From assembly GCF_009914755.1 (NCBI RefSeq), contig NC_060935.1: a DNA stretch of 64,000 nucleotides, one strand, 5' to 3'. The stretch comes from the human T2T-CHM13v2.0 reference genome, Homo sapiens. The position numbers were made by a program, and so were the translations under genes. The notes under the pieces are model-generated. The model did no database searches and was not told the DNA's origin. It worked only from the letters and a program-made list of their open reading frames with translations. Of the stretch, positions 1 through 19,492 are shown piece after piece; within the stretch, counting starts at the first letter, position 1, and every line of letters begins with the position of its first letter.

Positions 1-253
1 TAGGCTAAGGGCAAGCAGGCACATCTTACATTGCCAGGGCAGGAGGAAGAGAGAGAAGGTGGAGGTGCCAGACAGTTTTAAACAATCGGATCTTGTAAGA
101 ACTCTTATCATGAGAACATCACTAGGGGGATGGTACTAAACCATTAGAAACCACTCCCATAATCCAATTGCCTCCCTCCAGGCCCCACTTCCAACACTGG
201 GGATTACAATTCAACATGAGATTTGGGTGGGGACACAGATCCAAACCATATCA
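1..253 (-). mobile_element. MaLR (ERVL-MaLR) LTR, MSTA/MSTB-like, cut by window start
   Basis: Ends in catgagatttgggtggggacacagatccaaaccatatca, the reverse complement of the MST/THE1 LTR start; similar to the LTR at 52304-52690. Confidence 0.85.
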
Positions 254-734
254 CCTTCCACCCCCATTCCATAATTGTTTATATACTGTTAGAACTGTGA
301 TCTCAACAAATTGACATCTCCAAAGGTTTATCTGTGTGTACCGAAAATCATATCATTAGCTATTTTCAGGATGACTCTGAGAAAAAAGAAATCCAATATA
401 AAAAATTGCTATAACTATATCCCATGTTCAAGTTTTTATGTTTCATTTCATTCAAATTATATCACTCCCCTTGGCACAGGATCTCTAAAGAATATTGGCT
501 GTAAATTAAAGTCCAGACTCTTTAGTTTGACATTTAAATCCTACACATTAACTATCCCTAATGTATTCTTTGTATTTTTCTATTATAAGATTGTTTCCTA
601 CTTGAATCTTTTTTTCTTAGGGTTATCTATTTTGTTCAAGGTTGCCCACAATACCGGTTTGCAATCCCTTTATGTTTTATTTGATTCCTTCTCCCAGTCT
701 CCAAAATAGCTCTGTCATTTAACTTACTACATAG

Positions 735-1201
<467 letters not shown>

Positions 1202-1369
1202 TAACAGAACTATGACCAAGCATGATGACATATGTAGATGAGTTTAACTTCATAGAAGACAAATACATTTTTTAATAAGGAAAATATATCTTTGTTGAAA
1301 AAGAAAAAAATAAAAGATTATTTTATTTTTAAATTTTTTGACCACTGTCAGAAAGAAAGATTAAAAAAA

Positions 1370-3330
1370 ATTATTTCACTAGCTTTAGGGGTACAAGTGG
1401 TTTTTATCCACGTGGATGAATTGTATAGTGGTGAAGTCTCAGAGTTTAGTGTACCTATCACTTGGTGATAGGTGTACCTTGTGCCCCAATAGGTTTTTTT
1501 TTTCAACCCTCACCCGCCTCCTAACCTCCGTCTTCTGAGTTTCCAGTGTTCGTTATACCCCTCTGTCTGCCTTTATGCACCCATAGCTTAGCTCCCTTTA
1601 TAAGGGAGAACATGGAGTATTTGGTTTTCCATTCCGGAGTTACTTTACTTAGAATAATGATCTCCAATTCCATCCAAGTTGCTGCAAAAGACATTTTTTT
1701 CTTCATTTTTTTTGGTTGAGTGGTATTCCATGGTATATATACCACATTTTCTTTATCCACTCTTTGGTTGATGAGCATTTAGGTTGATTCCCTATCTTTG
1801 CAATTGCGAATTGTACTGCAATAAACATATGCATGTAGGTATCCTTTTTGCGGGTATTGTTTTGATACAATGATTTCTTTTCTTTTAGGTAGATACCCAG
1901 TAGTAGGATTGCTGAATTGAATGGTAGATCTACTTTTACTTCTTTGAGAAATCTCCATGCTGTTTTCCATAAGGGTTATACTAATTTACATTTCCACCAG
2001 CAATGTATAAGTTTTCCCTTTTCCACACATTCACACTAGCATCTATTGTTTTTTGACTTTATAATAATGCTGTTCTGGCTGGGGTAAGGTGGTATCTCAT
2101 TGTTATTTTAATTTGCATTTCCCTTATGATTAGTGATGTTGAGCATTTTTTTCTATGTTTGGCCATTTGTATATCATCTTTTGAGAAATAATCTATTCAT
2201 GATATTTGCCTGCATTTTAATGGGATTGTTTTCTTCTTGCTCATTTTTTCGAGTTCCGTGTGGATTCTGGATGTTAGTCCTTTGTTGGTTGCATAGTTTG
2301 CACATATTTTCTCTCATTCTCTAGGTTGTCTGTTTACTCTGATGATTTTTTCTTTTGCTGTGCAGAAGCATTTTAGTTTAGTTAGGTCTCATTTATTTAT
2401 TTTTGCTTTTGTTGCATTTGCCTTTGCATTCTTTGTTATAAATTCTTTGCCTAGGCTGATGTCCAGAGGAATTTTTCTTAGGTTTTCTTCTAGAATTTTT
2501 ATGGTTTCAGGTCTTAGATTTAAGTCTTCAGTCTGTCTTGAGTTGGTCTGAAATGAAATAGGGATCCAGTTTCATTTTTCTATATGTGGCTTTCCAATTT
2601 TCAGACCATTTCTTGAATAGGGTGCCCCTTTCCCCAGTTTACATTTTTGTCTGCTTAGTTGAAGATCAGTTGGTTGTTAAGTACTTGGCTTGACATCTGG
2701 GTTCTCTATTCTGTTCCAGTGGTCTGTGTTTCTACTTTTACACCAATATCATGCTGTTTTGGTTACTATAGCCTTATAATATAATTGAAATTGAAGTAAT
2801 GTGTTGCCTCTAGATATGTTCTTTTTGTTTAGGATTGCTTTGACTATTCGGGCTCTTTATTGGTTCCATATGAATTTTAGGATTGTTTTTTCTAATTCTA
2901 TGATGAATAACATTAGTATTTTGATAGCAGTTGCATTTAATATATAGATTGCTTTGGGCAGTATGGTCATGTTCATGATATTGATTCTTCCAATCCATGA
3001 ACGTAGGATGTATTTCCATTTCTTTGTGTCATCTATGATTTCTTTTAGCAGTGTTTTGTAGCTCACCTTGTAGAGATATTTCACCTCCTTGGTTAATATA
3101 TTAAGTTTCTTTGTTTTCGTTTTTTTTGCAGCTCTTGTAAAAGGGATTGAGTTCTTCATTTAATTCTCAGCTTATTGATGTACAGCAGTGCTGCTGATGT
3201 ATATACATTGATTTTGTAACGTGAGACTTTACTGAATTCATTTATCAAATCTAGGGGTCTTGTGAAAGATAGTTTAGGTTTTTCTGTATATAAGATCATA
3301 TCATTGGCAAACAAATAGTTTGATTCCCTC
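1370..3330 (-). mobile_element. L1PB-like LINE-1, 5'-truncated (3'UTR plus degraded ORF2 C-terminus)
   Basis: ORF fragments 2857-3159 and 1521-1778 resemble ORF2 ([21 protein letters not shown]; SFAATWMELEIIILS); L1PB-type 3' end. Confidence 0.88.
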
Positions 3331-4179
3331 TTAAGAAAGACTTTTTTTTTTTAAAGGAGAAGACTGATATAAGAACAAACAATTTTACTGTTAAAGTAAT
3401 TAATTGATCTTAGTATGAATATTACTTCATTTAAGTCAACTGGCCACTTTGAAAGTTGTATAAAGTCTTTCTGGTCAGTAAAAAATTGAGATATTTCAAA
3501 TGCCTGTTTCTAGTAATAAGTCAGGGTACCAATATAGTTAAATTGGCCTATTGTTCAATTCATCGTCCCTCCATGGAGTTGTTTACAAATTCCAAACTAT
3601 GATTAGTGGTATGATAAAATTTTAAAGAGCAATACCAAAGTCTTTTAAAGTATTAGTATCCGAGAAAGAAAAGTAATATTTACATTTTGAAACTATATTT
3701 TTAAAGAGCATTTAAAAAATCATCTGTTAAGCTGTTTTTTTTCAATTTGGGCTTGAATGAAAGTTAATTCAAAGTTGTTTTCTTAGTTTTAAGAAACGCA
3801 GCATAGTTGGACTAATTTTGCCGTAGTTCAGATATACAACGGTAATTTTTATTGAATTTTAAGTTCTTTGAAATTTCTCCTGCTGGAAGTGTATTATCGA
3901 GAGTCTCCTTTTTAAAAGACCTTCTGTCAACCAAAGGTTCTATTACTGTTTATTCAAATTCAGAAGCCATAAAATATCTTTTGTATTGCTAAATTACTTT
4001 AGGATTTAGCATAAAATTTTTTGGAATTTAGGCCTTTGTGAATAATTATTTTTTTGATTAAAATCCGTTTTATAATATTATTTATTTATATGACACTACT
4101 TTTTTCAGATTTTGTTCATGTGTATTGTCTTATTTGCATATCCCAATTTCCTGGTGATGTGGACTAGGATGGTGTATTT

Positions 4180-4290
4180 ATTTCCATTTACACACGAGGA
4201 AACTGAGGCTCAGAGAAGTTAAGTAACTTGCCTAACAAGGATTTCCTGGTGGTATAGTATGGCCTTTTCTACGTCTGAAACTTGTGCTAT
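4180..4290 (-). mobile_element. MIR SINE fragment
   Basis: gaggaaactgaggctcagagaagttaagtaacttgcc is the MIR core, reverse orientation. Confidence 0.85.
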
Positions 4291-6329
4291 CTGAAGTCAC
4301 ATGTTTAAACATTTTCAGGAATATGTAAGTTTCTATTTCTCCCTGCAATATGCACATATGTGCATATATGTAATTGTACATGCATGTTTGCACATGCACA
4401 CATAGACACTCTGGGTTGTACACCAACACTTGTATGTATTGATCTGCTTTGATTTGTGTAAAATTAATGTTACTTGGAGGCCAAGTCATAGAAAATCTTA
4501 CCATCATTTATTTTAATTTAATTATTGCTTATGAGAAGAATTTAATATTAGAACCATGTTGAAACTGCCATCACTAAAATGACTTGTGCCAAAAAAGATT
4601 TTTTTGAAAAGAGCATTTGCTGAACACATTGATTAAAGAGCTCAGTATTTCTTTGTTTTCACATTGTTTTTCCAAATACTATAAACAGTCTATATATTTA
4701 GTAATTCTTAAAAGAAAGTACCTCTCCAGCATTCTTAGTAGTTAGTATGTTCATTGGTGTTTGTCCAGTATGGGTTATGTGAATTTCTTGATAATGTAGA
4801 TAAAAACTATTTGTCTTTTAAGAAAGACGCTGACAGATTGGCATTGTCTTGGACAGAGACCTCTGTGAAATTAGATTTTTGAGATTAGCTACTTGTGTTA
4901 ATTTAGCCGTTCTATCTGTAAATAGATTAAGTGACAGTTCTGTTGTACGTGACTTGGACTATGATTAAATACATCCTATGTTACACATAAGAGTGAAAGC
5001 TATTTATCACAAAGAATGATAAATACTCCAATTATTTAATGTAATTGAAGGACATACTTTAAAAGAAGAGAAAATAAATTTTACTTTTATGACAAGTAAA
5101 GATTTATTTTGTGAATAGGAAAGGATTTAAGCTACAAGAGGAAACATTTGCAGAATTAGGCAGAATGAGTCATCATAGTAACACCAATACTTCTGATAAA
5201 ATGGGAAGAGATATAAATTTATTGCAATGCATTAATTGTTTTGTTTGTTGTAAAACTTTTATGTGCTTCTGAGAGTTTTTTCCCTTTTGTATAAGCCCAT
5301 ATAATAGTTACCAATAAAACAAAGTAAGTGTTAGCAGACAGATACTTGACCGAGCTTCACAAGACAATAATAAATCAAGGGTTTTGGTAGGAGAAATGTT
5401 TGTTAAAAAATGTTAGCTAACTATAAGGTTGGACTTCTGTGTTCACAGTTACATGTTCTAATTTATTTCAGGTCTAACAACTATATCAAATGTGACAGAT
5501 TTCTAGTTGTCGACATGTTAGACAGAAAACATGCAGAGCCTTAGAGAAGTCAGTAATATAGTCTTGAGTGATTCAGCACACAATGGTAGAACAATAGCTT
5601 GCCTTAGCAATTACAAACATTTCAGGTGCATTATGAACTCTTTTTAGTGATTTTTTTTTTTTTTTAATGTCCAAATAAACTTGTCATACTAGCTCATCCC
5701 TCTCTTAACACTGACCTTACTAATTATGTCAAAGGAGCATCCCTCTGTTGTCAAATATTTGCCAGGTTGACCTTGTTTGGAGGCGCAATATTCCCAAAGG
5801 CTGAACCCCATGAATTGTATATACAGTGAAGGTAATTTAATTTATTTTTTTGTTTTTTACATGAATCAATGTTTTTGATTAGGATGATCTTTTAAAAGTA
5901 TACTTAGAACTTAGTGTTTTTAAGCACTGTTACAAACCAACCTTCTTGATCTTACTGTGGATTAATGCTGCTATAGTTAGCCCTCTTACATTAAGTAGCT
6001 ATCAATTTTTCTTATATTTGTAGATTCTCTTCAAAATCTGTACCCAGCAATCCCTTCACTTCACTGTTCCAAGTTTACTATAAATAATTATTCTATTCCC
6101 ACATGAAATTCTTAAACCTCTTCAAGAAGTTTCTCTTAAAATGCCTGATTTTCTCTCTTAAAATGCCTGTATTTTTTAACGCTCTTAATTTTTTCTCTTC
6201 TGGAGTAAGAATTTGCTTCTTGGCCAGTACAACACTAATTGAGAGGTGGCAGCTGGGAGGGAGATATGGAAGGTAGGGAAAAATGCTTATTTCTGTGCCT
6301 ATCTCTAATTGTGCTATCATGTTTTTTGA

Positions 6330-6740
<411 letters not shown>

Positions 6741-6859
6741 CTGTTGTCTTCCAAGTTATCCAAATGGCATGCTTTGTGATTATTTTTTATTTCACTTCTC
6801 TACTCACCACATCTAATTTATTCTACTTCTGTGAAAAAGCAAAGTAGGTAATTGTGCAG

Positions 6860-7145
6860 GTGGGCAGGAGACAGAATTGTTTTTGAAATCCATCTCTGCC
6901 ATTCATTAGCTGTACCTCAAACAATTTACCTAACTCTTCCTAAACCTCCCTTTCTTTGTAAAATAGTGATGATAATAATAGTGACTTACCTCAGAGTACA
7001 GCTTTGAGAATTACTTAATTAACTGAAAGTGTGTATGTGTGTGTTTTTATGCCTATGTATAAAATGAATGAATGGTAAAATGTTTAGCATTGTGCTTGTC
7101 ATAAAATAAGCTTCCATAAATGTAACATACATAGTCGTTATTATT
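6860..7145 (+). mobile_element. MIR SINE (degenerate)
   Basis: ctctgccattcattagctgt...tgtaaaatagtgatgataataatagtgacttacctcag...cataaatgtaac. Confidence 0.7.
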
Positions 7146-7303
7146 ACTCTTCATTCCTGATGCCCATTCAGCCTGTTGTTTCTACTTAACTGGGTGCTTT
7201 ACGCTAGTGGAAGCCTTCAGGTCATCACTATTTTCTCACACCCTACCAGCGGTCTAATATTGTGAGAAGTAAAATTTTTTTTTGTCCTTAAAAAATTATT
7301 TTT

Positions 7304-8410
<1,107 letters not shown>

Positions 8411-9260
8411 CTATATGAGATCAGAGACCATATCTACTTTGGCCCACTGTTGTATTTCTAGTTTTTAGAACAATGCTGTGGATATATTAGGGCTGTCCTC
8501 ATTGTTTGAGAATAAAATTTGACAAAGATGGAACAAGGCAAAAAAGTGAGAGAAGACATGAGACATCTTGGCATGTTTGACAATTTCACATATTCTGTAT
8601 GGCTAGAAAATACGTTGTAAAATTCATTTTTGAGAGTAGTGGGAGATAATGTTGAAAAGAAATGCAAAGGCCAGAATATGAAGAATATTACCCATTATGC
8701 CTAGAAGTTTAGACTCTATCCTGTAGCTTTGGAGAGCCATTGAGGGGGTTTAAATGCAGATGTGACATGCTAAAGTTTTATGTAAGATAGTATAGCCTGT
8801 TAACAGTGTAGTAAGAAAAATCAGAAGTGAGATTAGAGGAATTGGTATCAATTGTGGGCCTATTTCAATAGTAAAGCATGGGAATATGGGGGCCTAAATT
8901 AAAGTGGGGGTGGAAATATTCAAGACATGGTAAAATCAACAGGATTTGGTAACCAGTTGGGTTTGGAGTATATGGGAGAGTGAGAAGATAGGATGAACTC
9001 TGAGTTCTGCTTAGCATTCAAAGATCAATTGAATTGTACCCTCCTCCAGTTTAGTCCATCTTGCCACTGACTGGAATAAATGTCTGGTTTTTGACTCCTT
9101 ATGGAATGCTATGTATATCTTTCTTACATTGCTGATTTTTTTTTTAACTAGGCTTATAGCTGTTTGTTTGCATGTCTAAAGTCCCTCACAAGACTGGAAG
9201 GCCTATAATGTAATATCTACCTGTTATCATCTCTTCTACACTGAATGCTCAATAAATATA
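8411..9260. mobile_element. L2 LINE relics (mixed orientation)
   Basis: L2 3'-end-like cccactgttgtatttctag...agaacaatgc; gagccattgagggggtttaa...tgtgacatg; tgctcaataaata. Confidence 0.55.
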
Positions 9261-10239
9261 CAGATGATTAATTAATGCCTAACATTTTAAATTACCTCCT
9301 GAAAAAAAAATCTATATAGTTCAGCATGTGCTTGGCACATTTCAGTACTCCAAAATGAAACTAGTTGCAAATAGGTGAAGTTTAACTAAAATTTTTTCAA
9401 AAGCACTTCAATTCTAAAAATTCAAATTAGCAATTGCCAGAAAAGATTCATAGGATGAAGTTTTAAAGTGAAGTCAGGCCATATTGTTTCCAAACTAAGA
9501 TGGGAACTTACTATTAAAAATATTCTGCAGATTGAAAATGACTAAGCAACATTAGGAAAATGAAATTTTAAGATCTGCCCTCATACTGTTATGGCTAAAA
9601 ATGTTTTCATGTTCATTTTCGACAGTGTTGTTACAGTGTGAAAATTTCAATGATTAGAATGATTGGATTAAAAAAAAATTATCTAGTCTCTGCAAGATGA
9701 TCTTGGGCAAATGCCTTGATTTCTGTCAATCTCCAACTCCAGAGAGGAGTCTGAGATGAGTCTTAAAGGATATCAAATTTGAAAGGTATGAAAGTATAGA
9801 GCTATGTATTCTTTAGAAAGGTGGAACAGTATGTACAATAAAGGAATTAAATGTGCATTATTTCCATGGGTCCTGATTGCTCTAACCACCTATGAGTCTA
9901 TGATTTTAAAAATCATTTTTAAATTTCAAAATCAAATTGGAATCTATAACCTGTCAGTAAGTCAGTCTTCATCAGTAACTGGTACAGATAATAGGTGGAC
10001 ATTTATACTAAATCATATACAAAATAATTATCTTTCTTGGAGACTTAATTAGCAGGTTTGAATTAAAAGACTTAAAAAATTAGGTTGGTAGAACACTGGT
10101 TGTTTTTAACTGTATTGGAGGAATCCTTGTATAGGAACAATGTTTCCATATGTATCTATCTTCATATTAAGAAAGAGAAAACTTTTTGAAGAAACAATTG
10201 TTTTTATTTCAATGTGATTATGTAATTTCAGTGGGGAAG

Positions 10240-11580
10240 TTTACAACATGATGTGGAAAGGACATAGGATCTACATTTTACTATTAGCTTTGCCCCAACT
10301 AGCGACCAGGTAACCTCTCCAGGCCTTGGTTTCCTCATAAGTAAAAGGAGGGATTGGAATAGTCTGTTATGTCCCTTTGACCTGTGAAATGTGGTGTCTG
10401 TGTCTGTCCATATTTGAAGAACATTGGGGATAAAATGACATTTAGTTGTATTTGATTAAAAAGAACTAGCCTAAAATAAGAAAAGCTTGTTTTCTCATTT
10501 CAAATGTAAAGGAGAGTGATTAGCAAATAAAAACATGGTGCAAAAGAGTTAATAACAGATCATTATTTGTGTTCTAGGAGAGATCTATTCATTAATGAAT
10601 CAATTGGCAATATTAGGAATACATTGATGTTAAATGACTCTAAAAAGTTGGACATCTTGAGCTGAATTATAACTACTTTATATGGTCCTGTGGTAATGAG
10701 TCTTATATTTTGAAGAATGTTTCTAGACTCAAATGCACAAATGAAAATTGCTACCTTTAACATAGTTACCTTGGGAGGCTGAGCTCCTTTATTCATATCA
10801 CATTACTTAGCACCTACTGTTTTGCACTGATGCTGCCACATTAAGTTGGAGGTAAAGTTGGGGGATTGTAGAAATCAAGAATCATTTTCCTCAAATGCTG
10901 GTTTGTATATTTTCTACTTTAATTCACTTTCATTTTGATTCTGAACCCCAATTATGTCTTACATTTTTTGTTCTTTCTATCACTCTTGCCTTTTCTTCCT
11001 CTTTCTCTCTTCAGAAAGAGCAGAGAATTTAGTGTTGGCGAGACCTAGTTTAGAATTCACTTCCCCTAACTTACTAGTAATAGGATCTTAATCAAGTCAC
11101 ATTTTCTCTCTGCACCTGAGTTTTCCTTTTTTTTTTTTTTTTTTTTTTTTTGTAAAAAGGGATATAATGCCAGTTGTCTAATTCCCTCACGGAGCATTTG
11201 TTAGACCAAGTAGGAAAACATCGATGCTTGGTAAACCATAAAGCAATAAGCAGATACAGACTTCATGACTTAATAAGACACAGAGAGGTATGTGAAAGAA
11301 CCCAGGTTTTAAGCCCAGATTCATCTCTATTCAATTCCTGCATTTGCCACTTACTAGTTTAGTGCAGTCTTAGTTTGTAAAATGTGTATATAACATCTAA
11401 TGACATCTCCTTCATGATTGTAATGATGATATAAGGTAATCTTTATAAATCTCTGTAAGATAAATAGAGGTACTTTTTATTCCCATTTATTCTTAGATGA
11501 AACAATTGAGGCTTAAAGAATTCAAGTGATTTCTTTACGATTATACAGGTTGTCAGTGAAATAACCAGAATAAACTTAGT
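10240..11580. mobile_element. Cluster of several MIR fragments
   Basis: ccttggtttcctcataagtaaaag (~10325); acttactag..aagtcacatt (~11070); tttgccacttactag (~11345); gatgaaacaattgaggcttaaaga (~11500). Confidence 0.6.
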
Positions 11581-11772
11581 ATTAAAATGTGAGTTTTGTT
11601 TATAGATAAATTATATCAGGTAATTTCAAAGAAGTTCCATGTGTCTTTGGAGCACAAAATATACATTTAAAATGTATGTATAGATGAGATCCATAGAAGG
11701 GTTACTTTGAAACATTCAGATTTATTTGTTCCTGTGCATTTCTTTGTTAACCACAAAAATTGACCAGTTGCT

Positions 11773-15422
<3,650 letters not shown>

Positions 15423-17751
15423 CAGTTGCTTTTTTTATTTGCAACTCCTACAGATTTTAAACTGTGGTCTTATGTTAGTGACCTAGAAGAAGGAGTAAAC
15501 TAATTGGCTCCCTTTTCAATTGTGGTGCTGGTTGGCTCATGAGGCCTAGATGTCACTATTACATGTGATGAACAATGAATATTAGAATTGTAAAAATGAG
15601 AGTTGATGGCTCCAATCACGTATTAACTCAGGACATATGATGGGTTTCCCTTCTAGTTTCATAAATTCCATTTGTCTGCCACTTTTTGCTTTCTGTGTTA
15701 CACTTGACTGGTAGTAATAGATTTTTTTTCCCCTGTGGAAACTTTCTTGATTGTCAGTACATCTACAAGGGCATAATCATGATACATTAAAAATAATCAT
15801 GTAAATTATAATCACTCACATTTTTCAGAATATTGCTAATGATGATGATTTTTCTTTAAATATTGATTGGGACTTTCTTGTCTCAGAATAAGGGTAATTG
15901 TATCTAAATTGTTTTATTTAATCTACTTTTAGTTTAAATCTATAGTTACAGCAAGGCTAGGTATTGATCCCATGACAAGGAAGTAGTTTATGGTTTTGCC
16001 TTGGAAAAAATTCTTTGGTTAAATTATGTTGAACTTCTTAAAATTTTCAAATTGATGTAATGCATAGTGGAAGATTTTTGCCAATTCATCGATGTGTAAA
16101 ATAAGTGACTGGCAAAGGAAATTATTTGATCTTGAGATTTAAGTGTTTCTATAAATAAAAAGATATTGTTTAAAATGGTAAAAATATATTTAGCCATGCC
16201 TTTTATGGTGATAGTGATAGAAGTACAAAGTTAAGTCACACTACAACATTTGTGTTAAAAAGCATTGCTTGTACATTTTCACCACATTTACATCTTTTTA
16301 TATTTTATGTCCATCCTCCAATTTTGATCAGACGATTTCCTCCATGTTATTCTTTCAGTAGCAGGCTAACTTTTATGAGGACTTGATCAGCGGATGGGAC
16401 TTAGCATGGTAGATACGAGCCAAAAAATCAAAGCATAATTGCATGCCCAATTTCTGACCACTGTCCCTGAAATAAGTGGAAACATTCAGAGCATGGAAAT
16501 ATATTCAAATCCATGACAGGAATTTCCCTTGTTATGTACTATGCACATGAACTTTAAGAAAATTGTATGTTTAGATATTTTTAAATCTAGCCAGTAGACT
16601 TATGTTGTCATTGTAGTCAATATTATTAGAGTAATTGTTTTATTTTCATAACACCAATGAAGTTTACTGAAAGGTCCCATTAAACTAAGAGCATAACTTT
16701 GAGGGAATATGTGGAGAATGTCTTGACTTGCAAACTAGTTACAATCAACTAACTTGTACACACATATGTTTCTTATGATCCAGGTCTGGTTGCTTGCTCA
16801 ACTGTGACGTGACTATTCTCTTTAGAGTGTGGCCAAATAAAATAGCCAAGAAATAGATTCAGATTCAATTAACCATACTGTATATCTGGAATGAGCCAAG
16901 CATTGAGTGATTTGTACTTAAGTACATCCTATCATGTTGTCCTGGCAAAATTATTACTGGCAAATGTTTCACTCTTAAAAATGTTTTGATTTACATGAGA
17001 AATGATATGTTACCTTAACAATTAGGCAGGTGGTGATGGTATCTTCTTTTCTTCTTCATTTTTTTTTTAACCGCTGAAGACACTGGAATTTTGCGACTTT
17101 AAGTAACTATCCCAAAGACATAGATACTTTGTGTCAAACCTAGAGTTTACCCTAGGTATTTTGACTTGAAAAGCATTTTTTTTTCTTCTCAGTTCATATT
17201 TGTTATTTTATTATTACAGATACAATCTGTAAGTTTGTCAGTTTTCCAGATTTTATCTGATTTGTCCTGTGCTTATTTATTATTAGGGATGTTTATTCTC
17301 TCTCTCTGTCTTTCTGTTCTTGAGTATCATTTTCATAGAAAGCTTTAAGAGAAATTGAGATAAAATGAGCCACACTAATTGTAAGCCATCTCTAAATGAG
17401 AAATTATTGAAAATGTTATTACCAGCTGGATGCTGGGAAGTGTTAAAGAGCTGGGGGCACAACAGTGTGACCAGTTTGACCTTATAGAGAGAAATATAAA
17501 TTTGTCTTGAATTAGCCAGTCTGTGTTAGAGGTTATTTTACTGATAGTCTGATCAGTTCTTTTAGACTTATCACTCATAATTGAGCCAGATCTCACATGT
17601 AACAAATTCAACTATAGGCACAACGATTGTAATTATTTTCCTATTTACTGTCAAGTCTGAAAATCATTGTGTGCTTCTAGAAATTGAGATAGTTGTCAAG
17701 AATAAGTTTTGTTTATGCTAAGTTGTAATTTTCTTTTTCTGTGTTTGCTAG

Positions 17752-17888
17752 ATTTTTCTAGATATGACATTTGGTTCGGGAGGGCACACAAAAGCCATTC
17801 TGCAGAAGGAGTCAGATATTGTTCTCTATGCCTTGGACAGAGACCCAACAGCTTATGCATTAGCTGAACATCTTTCAGAGTTGTATCC
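17752..17888 (+). CDS. METTL15: Internal coding exon (137 nt, phase 0 to phase 2) of the mitochondrial 12S rRNA N4-methylcytidine methyltransferase, RsmH/MraW family
   Basis: Acceptor ttttctttttctgtgtttgctag|, donor CC|gtaagt; translates IFLDMTFGSGGHTKAILQKESDIVLYALDRDPTAYALAEHLSELY(P), with RsmH motif I (DxTxGxGGH) and the DRDP motif; recognised from memory as METTL15. Too short for the ORF track. Confidence 0.95.
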
Positions 17889-19182
17889 GTAAGTAATACC
17901 CTTGCATATTTATTTGATTTTGGTTCTTAGTTTTACAGAGCTTGGTTTACCACCTTGGAATTTGTTCTGCTTTGCATGGGCTATATTTTACTCCAGTAAA
18001 TATTTTCTTCTCTTTTCCCCAAAAAGAATTAATGTAAGTGATGTTTTTAGTACCACTTAAAGTAATGCTATTTTCCAGTTATCCTTTCTGAATCCATAAA
18101 AAGAAATACAAAATGTCTTCCACCTACAAGATTGAAAGTGTTTTGGAATCCATCCACAAAAAATGAGTTTTGACAATAACTCATAGTCAAAAAATAATTT
18201 TTAAACATTTTTATGAGTTTATTTCTAAGAATTTAGCAGAGTAAATAAGTATGTGAGAATTCTGTAGAACTCATGAGGACATATACATCAACATAATATA
18301 CTTGTTTCCTTTGAATTTTCTGAAATTCACAAGTAAATCTAGAGTGATCCATCCTTCTATCAGAAAAAGTGATGTATAACTAAAGAACTTTTTAAAAATA
18401 TAAAATATTATATGAATGAGTGGTAAAACCATCTGCCTTTAAAGAAACATTTTGAATTAGGGAGTAGACATGGTATGTTGTTTAAAGCCATCATTTTAAA
18501 AGAGAAAAATATCTTGGAGCTAAGATGGCTCTCTCCAAATACATAAAGGGCTGTTTTCAGGAATGGGAAATTGTTTTATTCTGTCATTCATCAGAGACTG
18601 GAGTCAAGAAAATAGATGGGAACTTGAGAGGTAATTTTGACTTGATGTGAACTGTAGTTCACATCAAAAGTTGAAGTTTTGACTTGATGTGGACTAGAGT
18701 TTTTACTAGTTGTAGCTATTCAACAACAAAATGGTCTCTTTGGTGAAGTTCGAAAAGTATGACCATGGAAAAGTTTAATCAGACACTAAGAATAGGAAGT
18801 GTAATTCGTCATCTAGAATAGTATTTACAGCCTCTTTCTGGTCCCAAACTCTTTGCAAATCTAATGAATGTGATTAACTCTCCCCATAAAACTATAAATA
18901 AATACACATAAGCTTTTGTTTACAAGATCATAGGATTTATGGAGTCCCTGAAACCTACCATTTGACCGCAGATTATTTCATTTCTTCCGAGAATAATATG
19001 AAGACGTGATTTAATGACATGGTACTAATTTTTAATATTTTAAATCTATCTGTCTTCTGCAGTGTAACTTAGATGCGCCTTCTTTAAGAAGATGTTTTAT
19101 TAGAGCATTCATATTTGCGAAACGTTGTATGAGTTCACTTGGTTATGATGTGAACATTCGTGAAGTATAGGCCTCTTTTATA

Positions 19183-19492
19183 CAGCAGTCCCTTTGTACC
19201 TGAGGAGAAGTGGATACCAAAATCCATGGATGCTCAATTCCCTTACATAAAATGGTTCAGTATGTGCATATAACCTACACACATCCTCCCATATAGTTTA
19301 AATCATCTCTAAGTTTCTTACCTAATACAAAGTAAATGCTGTTTAAACAGTTGTTATACTTTATTGTTTAGGGAATAGTGACAAGAAGAAAAAAGTTTTG
19401 TACATGTCTAATACAGATGCACGTGTCTTTTTTTATGATCTGCAGTTAGTTGAATCAATTGATGTGGAATCCACAGATAAGGAGGGCCAGTC
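19183..19492. mobile_element. MER2-like Tigger (TcMar) DNA transposon
   Basis: ta-cagcagtccct...ggataccaaaatccatggatgctcaa..cccttacataaaatgg...gttgaatc..gatgtggaatccacagataaggagggccag. Confidence 0.8.

Noticed and set aside
17752-17888. Bacterial rsmH fragment or processed METTL15 pseudogene
   Set aside because: Canonical AG/GT splice sites and isolation within long repeat-rich introns indicate the spliced nuclear gene
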